A stretch of 63,003 nucleotides of DNA, counting the filler, from Circinaria calcarea (taxonomy: Eukaryota), in the NCBI GenBank assembly GCA_051942165.1. It is 29 parts of 29 records of this genome, joined end to end, with 100 filler letters (N's around TTAATTAATTAA, not from the genome) between each part and the next. Parts side by side here need not be neighbours in the genome. Positions count along the whole stretch, not along the records: positions 10,955 to 13,041 come from JAVECS010003900.1; positions 13,142 to 15,227 come from JAVECS010003901.1; positions 15,328 to 17,413 come from JAVECS010003902.1; positions 17,514 to 19,598 come from JAVECS010003903.1; positions 19,699 to 21,782 come from JAVECS010003904.1; positions 21,883 to 23,966 come from JAVECS010003905.1; 23 more parts are not named here. One strand, 5' to 3'. Numbering within the stretch: position 1 is the first letter of the stretch; each line of letters starts with the position of its first letter. Positions 10,955 to 23,257 of the stretch are shown here, one piece after another. A program made the translations under genes and the position numbers. The notes below the pieces were generated by a model. The model was not told the origin of the DNA, searched no databases, and saw nothing but the letters and a program-made list of their open reading frames with translations.

Positions 10955-11357
10955 TCCCGAGGAGCAACGCAGACTTGTCATGGTCCAATCCCTGCTCGTT
11001 ATCATCGTCGGTCTTGTTATGGCTGTCATGATCCTTGTTCCTGCCACCGTATCGCTCACTCGTGTACAAGCATCCATTCTGCCCGAGGAAAACGAATCCA
11101 TTGTTCCTTTTGATAGAACCTTTGGTGGCAAAGTCAAGCCAGAGGTCGTCGGTGGTAGCGGCAAGGTCAGCCTGTTGGATGCGTGGATGACATTTGACTG
11201 GAACGCCAGGATCCGACTAATGAAGCTATATGGCAAGATTACCGCTATTTATACTGCCGTTACAATTCTATTCACCTTCATTGCTCTGGGTCAATTGTGG
11301 GTCATGTTGGGCGATCAAATGTCCAAGTTGATCATGCAGGCGCAAGGATCGAAGTAG
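10955..11357 (+). CDS. C-terminus of a conserved fungal multi-pass membrane protein (family often mislabelled 'ubiquitin-conjugating enzyme')
   Basis: LTRVQASILPEENESIVPFDRTFGGKV...DAWMTFDW..RIRLMKLYGK motif between hydrophobic helices. Confidence 0.75.
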
Positions 11358-13444
11358 GATAGTGCAAAGGAAGCAGGCCGGATTATGTCTTTTTCGTGCT
11401 TTTTAACGGTGTTGTTAGGTCTTTGGAAGCTTGTTCGTGGCAGCAAGTTTTAGCCTAATTCACTGGAACCTTTACAACACTCAGGCGATAATTAGATCGT
11501 GGTTCATGGCTAGCTGGGTCCAGTAGGTCGGTTTCCCTTTTGGATGGGGCTTCGAATAGATTAAATGGGCTGCTTAGCAGTGTATACTATTGGTACATTG
11601 ACTTTACAACTTCTTGATGATGGTGACTCAAGCTTAAACACGCCAATCCAGCTCCTTCCTGCCAGTCTACTTCTCAGGTGATCAATTCCGCTATTTGCTT
11701 TCTTGATTCCGTGTAGCTCCAATCCTTCGTCTGTTACTGATGCTGTGTGCCCTCGACAGATAATGGTGATGTCTATTTTCTTTATCTTTTTTCGGATTCG
11801 TACACCAGTGAACTATAGTTGCCCAAGTCCGTATACAAGTATGTAGCATACTCAATAGAATTCATCCTCCCACCATACTTCCCACCATTTATGATAGTGT
11901 TTTGATCCTCGGGAGACTTGCGGAAGACACCACGTGGACAAGCTCAAAGAGGGCGGATATGTCGAGACTCAATTTAATTCAACAAAACGACATGACTTAT
12001 CCTATCAATCCAATCTTTCGATTATTGGCCCACCGCGTCTCTGGGAAGGGATGAGTCAGGCCGGCGCCTACGACGGAAGCTCATGTAGATTCAGAATAAC
12101 CAACGTCCTCAAGGCTAATATAAATATCCTGGCGACCTATCTACCTACCTTACGTCTATCTAGCATCGAGCCATCTTTTCTTTTCCCAGCTCCTTGCCTT
12201 GCCGGTATTCTTTTCATCTCTGCCGATATTGCACAAGCCGCCGTTGTTGGGAATACCCCTAGGAACGATAGATACCACGTACAACGTTGTGAGTTATAGC
12301 CCCCGAACCAAAATACTCTCCTATTTCGAACCAGCAACATGGAGAAAAAATTCACCCACGAGGGATTGATTATCAAAAATTTTCGACGGGGGAAAAAAAA
12401 ACAAATTCAACTGGGGCATTCATTCTCCGGATGAAAGGGCCTAATGAAATGAATTATATATATAATCCCCTGACCAAGCTTGTTATCAATATATAGTAAC
12501 CCGCCACGGGTCAGAAGCCCGTTCGTGACGAACGGGCCCTCTAAAAGCTGAGAGAGAGAGAGAGAGAGAGAGGCTTACGACGAGACACGGTTTTTTCCCC
12601 TCAAATTCGAATCCGTTTATGGAAAATTCTTCAGCTCTTTTTTAGAGGAGAGAGCCCCCCCCCCCGACGATATTTTTTTTTTACTCGAAAATTTGCTGAA
12701 AGCAAAGAGTTAAAACAAGTAGAACAGAACCAGGTATATCAGCCGCTCCCCCCTCCCCCCTCCCTCTTTTCCCGGGGCGGAGGATGATGAACGCCGCATC
12801 TCATCTTGCTCTATGATGTGATGTTATGTGAATCCCCCCAGGCACCCCCGGGAGCAGATTTAGCAGTGAGGCGCCCGGCGCCGCGGTGGGTAAAGCCAGA
12901 ATTCAGAAAGTTTACGGGTACCAGAGGGTTATACATGTAACTGGTGGGTGACGGGTTATGGTTCTAATGAAAGGGGGGGGGGTTTGGTTTGAAACGGGGG
13001 AAACGAGTGACATACCAATATTTTTGGAACTAGATTCGTATNNNNNNNNNNNNNNNNNNNNNNNNNNNNNNNNNNNNNNNNNNNNTTAATTAATTAANNN
13101 NNNNNNNNNNNNNNNNNNNNNNNNNNNNNNNNNNNNNNNNNGTATTATCTAGCTCTTCAGCAGATTACATGTATAACGGACAATGACGCGCATGAGCATT
13201 TAGTCTATTGTTTCGGGGATCGGTACAGTATGTACATCATATGGAGGAGTCTGAGAGACGAGCACGAGTCAGTAGGAGGAGCAAAGACAACGCCAAGCCT
13301 AGATCTTTTGGGTATCATGGATTCGATAACTCTTTTTCAACTCAAGCATGAATAGCTTCCGCAACTGTACAGAACATGCTGGATAGAAAAGCGATACAAG
13401 TCGACGCTCCTTCTGATCCTTAGCAGAAACTCCTGCCAAAACCA

Positions 13445-15209
13445 TCAGGTAGTTAGCTGCGCAAACCTCCTCTTTCTCGCCGCGAAGGGGACTTGATCAC
13501 TGAGATTCGCTGAAGGCACCTGTGCCTGAGTAGCGAAGGAGAGCACCGTGTGAGCCAGCGAATTAGGAATTTGTTGAAGCTCATCGACTTCACCATACTT
13601 GGCAAGCCTGTCATCTTCCCAAACCACCACACTCGTTCTCCTGCGTTTAGATGGCGTATCTAGAAGAATGTCTGTCTCTCTCGATCCCAGCTCCTTTGAT
13701 AGCGGTCCCTTTCCCCACTTACTACGCTCACTGTCCGGAGGCGTTGGAAGTTGCTTAAATTTCGACGACCTCTTGGGCGTTGATTTAGCGGTTGTCACGG
13801 CTAGCGTCTTCGGAATAACCTTTGTCATGTTCACTTTTAGATCCGATAACGGTTTTCTAGGTTTCGCTTGAGGTGTCTGTTGATGTGGTAATTCGAAGTC
13901 TTCCTTCACAGGAGTCAAGTTCTCTTTTCTACCATCCGCGTCAAGCTTCAGTTGAGCTCCCTTGACATTCTGAACTGGATCGGCCTGGGATCCCTTGACA
14001 ATTTTCAAATCAAGCTCTGCCTGTCTCTGCCATAGGTCTGGTCTTCGAGTTCGCATATTTCCAACCCAAGCATCACAGTCCATACCAACCCAATTATCAA
14101 TGATTCCGTTCCAGACGCTGCTAGGAGGCCTTGTCAAATTTACAAAAATGACTCTCCCCTTCCCCTTCTTTCCTGTGTGAACTGCTTTGGCAAATTCTCT
14201 GACTAAGACTTTTAGACCGTGTACTTTGAGTGAGGTCCCCAGGATTAGCAGTACGTCTGGAGCAAACTTGATATCGTGAGTGGTGATAGAGGACAATGAA
14301 TCTGCGGATGGATGCTCCTCGCCGTAAAGCACAATGTTCGGCCGAAGAGTGCCAATGGCCATGCCTCGTTTCCCTCGATCTCGGCGATTTTGATTTTGCA
14401 TAACGCAATCAGGGCAGCTGGGGGCGCTGCCACTATGGAACTTTGCCTCTACACCTTGGGCCTCCCAATCGCAGGTCTTGTGGCAGATTGTGCATCTTAG
14501 AACTTCAAGATCACCATGAAGTTGCACGACCTCACAACCTCCATCCAAATTACTCCCTGGTAAGGCGGTCGCCAGAGATAATGGCGTCTGCATTGCTTTC
14601 TTGGTAAAACGTGCCCGACTACCTTTACCACGTGCCAAGTCCATGCAGAGGTTTTCTCGGGCTTCCAATCCATCTATGTTCTGCGTATAGCACCTCAGAA
14701 GTTTTTTCCTATCACGAAGTATTCTGATAAACTTGTGTGTGGCGGTTGTTTCTGTGACTTCGTCGCGGATCTTCTTACGGAGGGACGCGATAAACTTGTA
14801 AAAGACTGATGTGCTGAGTTCGTCCTTCCATATAGATGAGTCAAACAAGTCCTTTCCTTTGATATTTCCGCCTCTCGAAGGAGGTCTACTCTGGGTTGAC
14901 GAGAAAGACGTCCGAACATGAGAGGCATCTTTCTCCGCCATATCTTTGGTGGTTGGAGACTTTGACAGCTCCGTGTCGTATTGGGAGTTGATTAACGAGT
15001 ATAGGCCGTTTTCAGAGCGGAAATCCTAATGTAGAATTAGCCCAGTTCAGGCAGCAATTGACATGCAGGTATCCACTGCGTACTGGAATCCCGCAGTTTG
15101 TACTGATACCTGCACCGGTAACAATGACAATTTTCTTTGCTGCTGCCAAGAGGTCTGCAATCTCTTGCAGTTGACGTGGAGTGTTCAGCCCCACATTTGT
15201 AATCGACAT
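13445..15209 (-). CDS. HST3: NAD-dependent sirtuin deacetylase, Hst3 type
   Basis: Exon 1 is 15209-15084 (VTGAGISTNCGIP), intron 15083-15026, exon 2 starts DFRS. Contains GKDLFD, YTQNIDGLE, QLHG, two CxxC motifs, LRPNIVLYGEEHP and LGTSLKVHG. Confidence 0.9.
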
Positions 15210-15327
15210 CGTAAAGATATAGTCAAANNNNNNNNNNNNNNNNNNNNNNNNNNNNNNNNNNNNNNNNNNNNTTAATTAATTAANNNNNNNNNNNNNNNNN
15301 NNNNNNNNNNNNNNNNNNNNNNNNNNN

Positions 15328-15602
15328 AGGCTCAATAGTATGGAGTCTATTGAACACGGTCTATAAGCATGCTATTCTAAAGAGCGGGAATAGCCTGCTA
15401 TATATAACACCCTGCTCACCCTGCTCACTCTGCTCATCTCCCTGAGCACCATGAGCACACTGAGCACCTTGCTCACCCTGCTCACCCTGCTCATCTCCCT
15501 GAGCACCATGAGCACACTGAGCACCTCGGTGGTGTAGGTTCCTCCGGCCCGCGGTCCTTCCCGACCCGGTCTAGCGCATGTCATGGCGGGCACGCCATAA
15601 CA
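15328..15602 (-). mobile_element. Probable LTR, family C copy 2 (cut by the contig start)
   Basis: Shares the 37-nt block and the CGCCATAACA terminus with 9012-9290. Holds 12 x ~9-bp TGCTCA/TGAGCA units at 15413-15524. Confidence 0.7.
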
Positions 15603-15756
15603 CCCTTGCGTTCTCTGGATATGCCTTTCCTAAATTTTTCTGTCATACTTTATCTTTCACTCTTCATTTACTTAATGTCGATTTGCCAATTTCTCTCTCA
15701 TGCTCCGTCCTTTACTCTTTATTAATTGTGAATCTATTTCTCCGAATCTACTTCCA

Positions 15757-16773
15757 TTACCGCTTCCGTCCTTTTCCCTTTCGTTTTTGCGATACTGCCT
15801 TATACCCTTTCGGCGTATCCCCCTTTGTCTTATGCTCGCGACGGCGGGCGCAGCACGTCAAGGGCACAATGAACATGGCTATCATTAGCAGGATGACGGC
15901 TGTTAGCGTCGACCAAGCGCCCGGGCCGATTTCAACGTTTAGCAGCTCGTGTTGGTCGCTATCATTAACAGCTTTGCGGATTAACTAAAGGAGGGTATTA
16001 GCATGCGTCATCGACGGCGGAGGCTGAAAAAAGGGGCGACAAAAAAGAGAGAGCACACGAACCACAAAAAGCGAAAAGTTTATCGCCATAACCGCCAGAG
16101 TAAGCGCGCAGGCTAGGAAAGTGACTATGAAGCCCACGAGGCCGCCGACCCAGTTATGAGAAACGTCCAGACAAAGAGCAAGAACGGCAATGAAACAAGC
16201 CAAGGGGTGCAGTAAGAGCCCCTTGGTCAGCAAGGCGCTGTACGTGCGCTTCGACTCGGTCATGTTGACTTTCACGTTCCCGAGGGCCTCGCTCGGGTTA
16301 TAGCCGTATGCTCTTGTGCAATTATTCTGGGGGGTACTGGGAGCGGGGTTAGCAAAGCTTTGGCTGTATATCAATGTGGATGACGGTAAGTCGAGGCGGC
16401 ACGGATGGGAGACACACCAGCAATAGGAGAGGGAGGGGAGTTTAGAGTGGGATGTAGACGGAAACGTACCCATTCACTAACAGGTCTTGGATACAGTATC
16501 CGAAGCTGCCAAAGACGATAGAGCCATTTTGCGGGGGGCTGCCTTGGGGGGGGCTGTCTTGCGGCACGTTGACTTTGATGATGGCGTATTTATCGATAAA
16601 TGGGGCGGTGAAAGTGGCGAAGAGTAGCAGGATGGCGGAGACGACGATTATAAAGATGCCGAACCTGGGACCGGTTAGAATGTTGAGGGATTTGTATAGA
16701 AATAGGGATGGATTGTGGGAGATCGCTAGATATGTTGGGGAAGAACTTGCCTGTGGGCTATCTTCCAGTTCAT
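15757..16773 (-). CDS. SUR7/PalI-family four-TM membrane protein, 4 exons
   Basis: Spliced translation MNWKIAHRFGIFIIVVSAILLLFATFTAP...VFGSFGYC...C...GY...LTKGLLLHPLACFIA...GPGAWSTL...RKR*. The first intron (16750-16665) is GC-AG. Confidence 0.8.
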
Positions 16774-17513
16774 GGTAATGCGTTTGTCTTTGCGGTTCTG
16801 AGGCGTGAGGTCAAAGATGGATATTGAAGCAGGTAATCAGTGAGAAGTAGGTTAGATGGGCCCAGGACCGATAACCAGAGCACCACGCTTTTATATAAAC
16901 TGGACAACTCTCACTTCTCATTGCTGTGCTTTTGCTCCTGTGCTTCTTCAATTTTAGGTTCCTCGCGGCTGAGGCACATGCGCATATGCTACTATTTTGA
17001 TAATCACAGCCAGCAATAAGCCTCTCTGGTCACTGTTGACCCTTGTTTTGAAACTCCTGCAAGGCGTATCGAGCTGCTTGAGAGACTCGGCGTCAATGAA
17101 TAGTCTGGAACAAATCCCGCCGCAGACTTTGAGGCATCCAGCAGGGATTCTAGAAGAAGGCAATCGAGCTAAGCTAGAATGTGATGGTGGACGTTATACT
17201 TTTTTATTATACTGAGCGCCCCGTGATCAACACGCCCAACAGGGAATCGAACCCAGAAGAGCCCTCAATTTCAACCGTTAACTCGGGTGGTGTACCCTCC
17301 CAAGCGGGTTCACGTCCCAGGATCTTCAGCACCATTAGAACAGAGGACTTCCCTTTCGACTTGATAAGTAACGGCCCTTTGGTTCTAGGGTGCTCATTGT
17401 GCTGTCAACAACANNNNNNNNNNNNNNNNNNNNNNNNNNNNNNNNNNNNNNNNNNNNTTAATTAATTAANNNNNNNNNNNNNNNNNNNNNNNNNNNNNNN
17501 NNNNNNNNNNNNN

Positions 17514-17684
17514 GTAAAAACATGACTATAGTACCTACCCCGAGGCCTCAAGTCCCGATATCACGTAGGTCACGCGAGAGATTTATCCGTGTAAGCTAGA
17601 AGCTTACACGGATAAATCTCTCGCGTTACCTACGTGATATCGGGACTTGAGGACTCGGGGTAGGTACTATAGTCATGTTTTTAC
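17514..17684. repeat. Near-perfect long inverted repeat (84-bp arms, 3-nt loop, 2 mismatches)
   Basis: 17514-17597 is the reverse complement of 17601-17684, with loop AGA. Confidence 0.95.
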
Positions 17685-17739
17685 CTTCGAAAAGCTGCAG
17701 CCCCCCATCTTGTTACCTAACATAAATCAATCTCGGTGA

Positions 17740-17967
17740 TATTGAATATATGGCAGGGAGAGACTTAAGCAATGCATTAAGGCGCCATTCAATATGTACG
17801 CAATAGCCGATATATTCTATAACATCTGGATGAAGTATATAGTTCGCAAAAGTGCGAAGCCAAGGGGGGTAAACTCTGCAACCCACGCTACTACTAATAT
17901 AGGTAGTACAGAAGAACTTCTGCATACAGAAGTTCGGCATACACTATGCTTGGCTCTCTATTCAACA
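17740..17967. mobile_element. Solo LTR, family B copy 1 (copia-like termini)
   Basis: TATTGAATA (TGTTGAATA with a G>A change) ... TATTCAACA inverted termini. Homologous to 58787-58977. Flanks GGTGA/GGTTG only partly match. Confidence 0.7.
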
Positions 17968-19018
17968 GGTTGAAAAAAAAGAAAAAAAAATTCCCTGGTC
18001 TTATCTTTTCCCTTTCTTCTTCCTCTTTCCCCCCTCCAAAAAACCTCATATTTAGAGACTAAACAGCGGGCGAGCGGAGCTTGTAAGATAAGTAAATACA
18101 GCACTGAGTGAGTGAGAAAGGGGACGAACAGATGCGAACGCCAAAAAAAGACCGAGTTCTTTTTTGGTGAAGGGGGGCCGCAGGGAAAGCAAAAAACAAA
18201 ACAGCAGCAGATTGATTTGCAGTTGCCTGAAGCCACCAGCACTCACTAGATCTTGGAGGGGGGGGCCCTAACAGAGAGGGATTTGCTTCAGAGAGCTAGA
18301 AAGAACGGTGGGTGGTATATAGAAGAATCAAAAAGGGATAAACGGGGGGGGGGAGGGACGAAGGGAGCGATACCGGAAGTGATAAAGAGAGGGAGACGCG
18401 AGAATTTTGGGGGAAAACGTGGAAGAATGAATGAACGAATGGGTCTTTCGTATGCATAGTATGGGCTAGAAACTGGCCCCCGGATCCGGATTTTTTGGTC
18501 GAGTCTAGGGATTTTTTTTGGGGGGTTTTGCTGGTGTACTTAAGTTACCTACTTGTACCTTTAGATACATAGTCTTTGTCCAGAAAAAAAAACGCACATG
18601 GTGATTACCAGTAGTTAACCGGGGGCTGGGTTGAGGGATAGCTAACTTCCAAGTACGGGTATATTAGATGAACAATGACTGCGAATTAGTGTCTCAAGTT
18701 CCCAGGTCCTAGCTAACCTACTCACATCATCCTAGTCACAAACCACAGTGCGTAAAACTGTTACAGCAACGGGGTTCAAAGTGTGTCTCACGCTGCTTCA
18801 TCGCGCGTAATTAAGGTATCAGGTACCAGGGGCGTTGCTAAATATAGGTCAAGGATGAAAATACCAAGTTTATTACATTGCCTCCAAGGCGAACAGCCCG
18901 GGTTTTTTTCTACCGTCCCGTTACTTGCGCTGCATGTTGAGTTGTACAATTTTTTGGTTTTCGCCGCAAACCCGGGGTATCTCATATGCTCCACATGCAC
19001 CTGCTAGGAAAAGAAGGT

Positions 19019-19598
19019 TCAAGCACCACTGTCAGGAGTAGGCGCGTCATCGGACGTTTCATCCACACCATCAACAAGGTCAACAGACGTATGCGTCTCT
19101 TCTGACTGTCCATCCACTCCATCCACTCCATCCACTCCGTTGACACCGTTTGCCATTGACTCCCACCTAATTCTTGTCTTCTTCTCGGCTTGCTCGGAGA
19201 TTTTGGTTAGTTCGCTAACGAAGGATTGGCCCCAGAAAGCACTCGGTGGATGTCAGTACATACTTTGGGATATGTCTCGGGGAGGAGTAACCTACCTTGT
19301 GTACTTCTGAACATATCTATCGAGCTTTTCGAAATTGATAGCTCGTTGTTCATCGCCCATGGTAACTGCATCATGAATGGCACCAGCCAGTTCTTCCGTA
19401 TTCCATGGATTGACGATCAGGCTACCATTAAGACTTTGGGCAGCACCAGTAAATTCTGATAAAACCATGACCCCATGCCGTTTCCGTTGAGTGGCGATGT
19501 ATTCGTAGGAAACGAGATTCATCCCATCTCGGGTGGAGGAGACCAGGCAGACATCAGAGACTGCATACAAGGCAATAAGTTCATCGAAGTTGACAGAC
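19019..19598 (-). CDS. TPS1: Trehalose-6-phosphate synthase, 3' end
   Basis: ALYAVSDVCLVSSTRDGMNLVSYEYIA...LSEFTGAAQSLNGSLIVNPW, then an intron, then AFWGQSFV...TGA at 19019. Confidence 0.93.
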
Positions 19599-19698
19599 NN
19601 NNNNNNNNNNNNNNNNNNNNNNNNNNNNNNNNNNNNNNNNNNTTAATTAATTAANNNNNNNNNNNNNNNNNNNNNNNNNNNNNNNNNNNNNNNNNNNN

Positions 19699-20575
19699 AA
19701 TTGGATGTATCTACACTCTTGGCAAGCACAACAAGCTGGCTCAATTCTTTCTCCTGAAACTTGGTCCGTTTTCCAAGTCTGCCTGTAAGGGCATACTCAA
19801 ATCCCGTAGTCTTCGCCGCCATGTCCAAGTCTGCCCTTGCCTTGGCATCAAACCCGTGATATGTATGTATCGCCGCTCGCTCGAGTAGGAATTGTACCTT
19901 GGCTTCGTCCTCGTATGGTGAATCTTGTGAGAGGATTACACCTTTTAAATAGTCCACGTCATCAAAGATCTTTCGCTGCAGTCCTGCAGCAGTTTCACTT
20001 AGAATTCTTTGGTGCCAAAAATTGACGCGTAGTCTAGCCCATCGTGTATGACTGTCATCTCTGACAACACTGCGGTGATTCAGAATCGTGGATGCGAGGT
20101 AGAAAAGCTCCACTCTGGGAGTTAATTGGTATGTCACCTCGCCGTCAACTGTCAAGCTGGATATCAGTTGTTTCCGAGTTGCCTGTAACTTCTGATTACT
20201 CCCCCGAAGTTCCTGCGGGAGAATTACTTCAGCGGAGCTCCAGTCCAGTGGCGGACCGGTGACAGTGGATTGCAGAAATGCATGTAGCGCTACCGTCCCT
20301 AGAATCACCAGGTCATTGATCACTTCTTCTCTATCTCCCTTAGAGACAGGTTCCAACAGCAAGTCAACACGCCGAGCAACATCGCCCATCCAATTTTCTT
20401 GAGAGCCTGGCGTTGCCAAAGGAGAAGGGTCCTTTGGCACATGGCAGCCCAGGAGCTCCTGCGAAAACGATGAGGTTAAAACTTTGTGAAAGTCGCTGCT
20501 TTCGAGATCGTGCAATTCCAACTGCTGTCTGCGGCCTTCATGTTGGACCTCAGTAAGAAATGGAAATTGCGGCAT
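19699..20575 (-). CDS. EMW1: TPR protein TTC27/Emw1 homolog, 5' part
   Basis: AFLQSTVTGP, WARLRVNFWHQRIL and LTGRLGKRTKFQEKELSQLVVLAKS signatures. Start codon uncertain. Confidence 0.85.
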
Positions 20576-21359
20576 GCTAGGTCTTAAACAGGATTCCTCC
20601 CCCCCTGCCACAACTGTAAATCACAGAATCTCGAGTATTATGGAAAAGGCGCGTAAGGAAATCTTCGGTAGCAAAGAGATTTGGACGTCAAATGCAGAAC
20701 TCGGGGGGACTGCTGAGTTTTCACACACATCTTAATGACAAAGCACGAGGAATCTAAGCACTCGGTGGCGAAGAGTCCCCCATAATATTACCATCGGCAT
20801 GCACGCCTTCGTCTATGATTTTATGCAAATAGTGAGTACCGAGTTGAGATCAGCGCTGAATGAAGAGTTTCTCTAGGTAGAGGAAGTAGCAATACGTTTG
20901 CTCAGGCATTCAGATTATACCTCCTGCCTTGGGTGGGATGTCCTTTGCAAATTCCACGCTCTCATGGGAATTTGGTATAGGGACCATTCGATCAGAGTAT
21001 CAAGCACAAGTGAATGCAGGCTACGATAGAAAGTTTCAGCCCGAGTGTATTTGTATGGTGCCATTGTTTGGGTTAGGTAGAATGTCAAACTCATCGCAGG
21101 CAACAGCGCGTAGGAGCACGGTGTTTGGCAAGAAGGTACAATGGTCTATTCTCTACCGTTGTTCTATCTAGGAGGACAGTAATATGTAAAATTGAAAACC
21201 CCCAATAAATTCCCCAAACACCATGCCGATGCACCAAGAAGCCGCTGGCCAGCGTTGCAAAAGTAAGCAACCGAATTGACCTTGTCCACGAATTCCCTTC
21301 ATTACTTTTCCTTCGTATCAAGCGTAAACTAGTGGCAAAAGAAATGGAAGTAACGGAAA

Positions 21360-21782
21360 TCAATCCTCATCACTGAAGACTTCTTCGCCCTATCGAATCA
21401 TTAGCATAGGTAAGAAAGTCAACTGTACAATGGTGATCCTTACCTTCTTGCGTCTCATCATTCTGTCCTTTTTCTTTTTCCTTAGCTCAGCCGAGGTAAG
21501 CTTGGCCTTCTTCTTGTTGCTCTCGATCTTGTTACCCATGGCGTCGAACCGCTCCTCGTCATCGTCCTTGTCGGTCAGACGAGGTCCAGCTCCCTGACCT
21601 TGGACCCAGTTGTGTCCAGATGGGGTCATCTTACCGTCCATAACAGCCCAGACTTCCTCGGTCAAGTTTTCGGTAAACTCGGCCGAGTGAGTGATGATGA
21701 TGACACCACCCTCAAAAGACTTAAGTGCCTTTGACAAAGCGCCTAGCGAATCGCGGTCAAGGTAATTGGTAGGCTCGTCGAG
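21360..21782 (-). CDS. YEF3: Translation elongation factor 3, 3' end
   Basis: [36 protein letters not shown]...[11 protein letters not shown]...FDAMGNKI...KKKKDRM, then an intron, then GEEVFSDED*. Confidence 0.95.
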
Positions 21783-21882
21783 NNNNNNNNNNNNNNNNNN
21801 NNNNNNNNNNNNNNNNNNNNNNNNNNTTAATTAATTAANNNNNNNNNNNNNNNNNNNNNNNNNNNNNNNNNNNNNNNNNNNN

Positions 21883-23257
21883 AGGAGGATATAATAGATG
21901 CGGAAATCCTACATTCGAGTACAAGAGATATTGTCATGCGGCGGCGACTGCTCGATAACGACATGAGGATCATGAAGAGCGAGTTCCAGCGCTTGACGCA
22001 CGAGCAAGCGGCGATGAAGGAAAAGATCAAGGACAATCTAGAGAAGATTGAGAATAACAGGTAGTCTTCCCGGCGATAAGACAGGTCATGGTTACGTACG
22101 CGGTTAATACTTACTTTTGTTTCAAGACAGCTACCTTACTTGGTCGGTAATGTTGTTGAGCTACTAGATCTTGATGTCGAAAAAGAAGCAGCAGAAGAAG
22201 GTGCCAACATCGATCTAGACGCCACTCGAGTGGGTAAATCCGCAGTCATCAAAACCTCCACCCGCCAAACCATATTCCTTCCTCTCATCGGTTTAGTAGA
22301 CCATTCGAAACTAAAGCCAGGCGACCTCATTGGTGTCAATAAAGATTCATACCTCGTTCTCGATACATTACCCGCAGAATACGACAGTCGAGTCAAAGCG
22401 ATGGAGGTAGATGAGAAGCCTACGGAAAAGTACACGGACGTTGGTGGCCTAGACAAACAGATTGAAGAGCTTGTAGAAGCTGTGGTCTGGCCGATGAAAG
22501 AAGCTGAGCGGTTCAAGAAAATCGGTATCAAAGCTCCCAAAGGTACATCATCCATCTCACATCACCTCAAGGGAATTGTTAACGTATGGATCTTCTCTTA
22601 GGTGCTTTAATGTACGGCCCTCCAGGTACTGGCAAAACCCTCTTAGCCCGTGCCTGTGCCGCCCAAACCGATGCTACCTTCCTTAAACTTGCCGGTCCCC
22701 AACTCGTCCAAATGTTTATTGGTGACGGTGCCAAACTTGTACGCGACTGCTTTGCTCTCGCCAAGGAAAAGGCTCCTAGCATTATCTTCATCGATGAGCT
22801 TGATGCTGTTGGTACCAAGCGTTTCGACAGCGAAAAGAGTGGAGACAGAGAAGTGCAACGTACCATGCTGGAACTCCTCAACCAGCTCGACGGTTTCGCT
22901 TCCGATGACCGAGTCAAGGTTCTTGCGGCTACAAATCGTGTTGATGTCCTCGACCCAGCGCTCTTGCGATCCGGAAGACTGGATCGGAAGATCGAGTTTC
23001 CTTTACCGAATGAGGAGGCTCGGGCGCAGATCATGAAGATCCATTCCAGGAAGATGACGGTCGATGATGGGGTCAACTACGCCGAGTTGGCGCGAAGTAC
23101 GGATGAGTTTGGAGGCGCGCAGCTGAAGGCGGTTTGTGTCGAGGCGGGGATGATTGCGTTGAGGAAGGGCATGAGCAAGATTGGACATGAGCATTACGTT
23201 GACGCCATTGCTGAGGTTCAGGCGAAGAAGCAAATCGTCGCCAACTTTTACAGTTGA
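21883..23257 (+). CDS. RPT5: 26S proteasome AAA-ATPase subunit Rpt5 (6A), 5' truncated
   Basis: [37 protein letters not shown] and [19 protein letters not shown]. Introns at 22061-22126 and 22543-22601. Confidence 0.96.

Noticed and set aside
15372..15593. Repetitive ORF (VLSVLMVLREMSRVSRVS)
   Set aside because: It is a translation of the LTR family C 9-bp array, not a credible protein.
17225..17310. tRNA-like T-loop GGGTTCGATTCCC on the minus strand
   Set aside because: No matching acceptor stem, D arm or anticodon arm. It lies in an open frame that may be the last exon of an unidentified gene.
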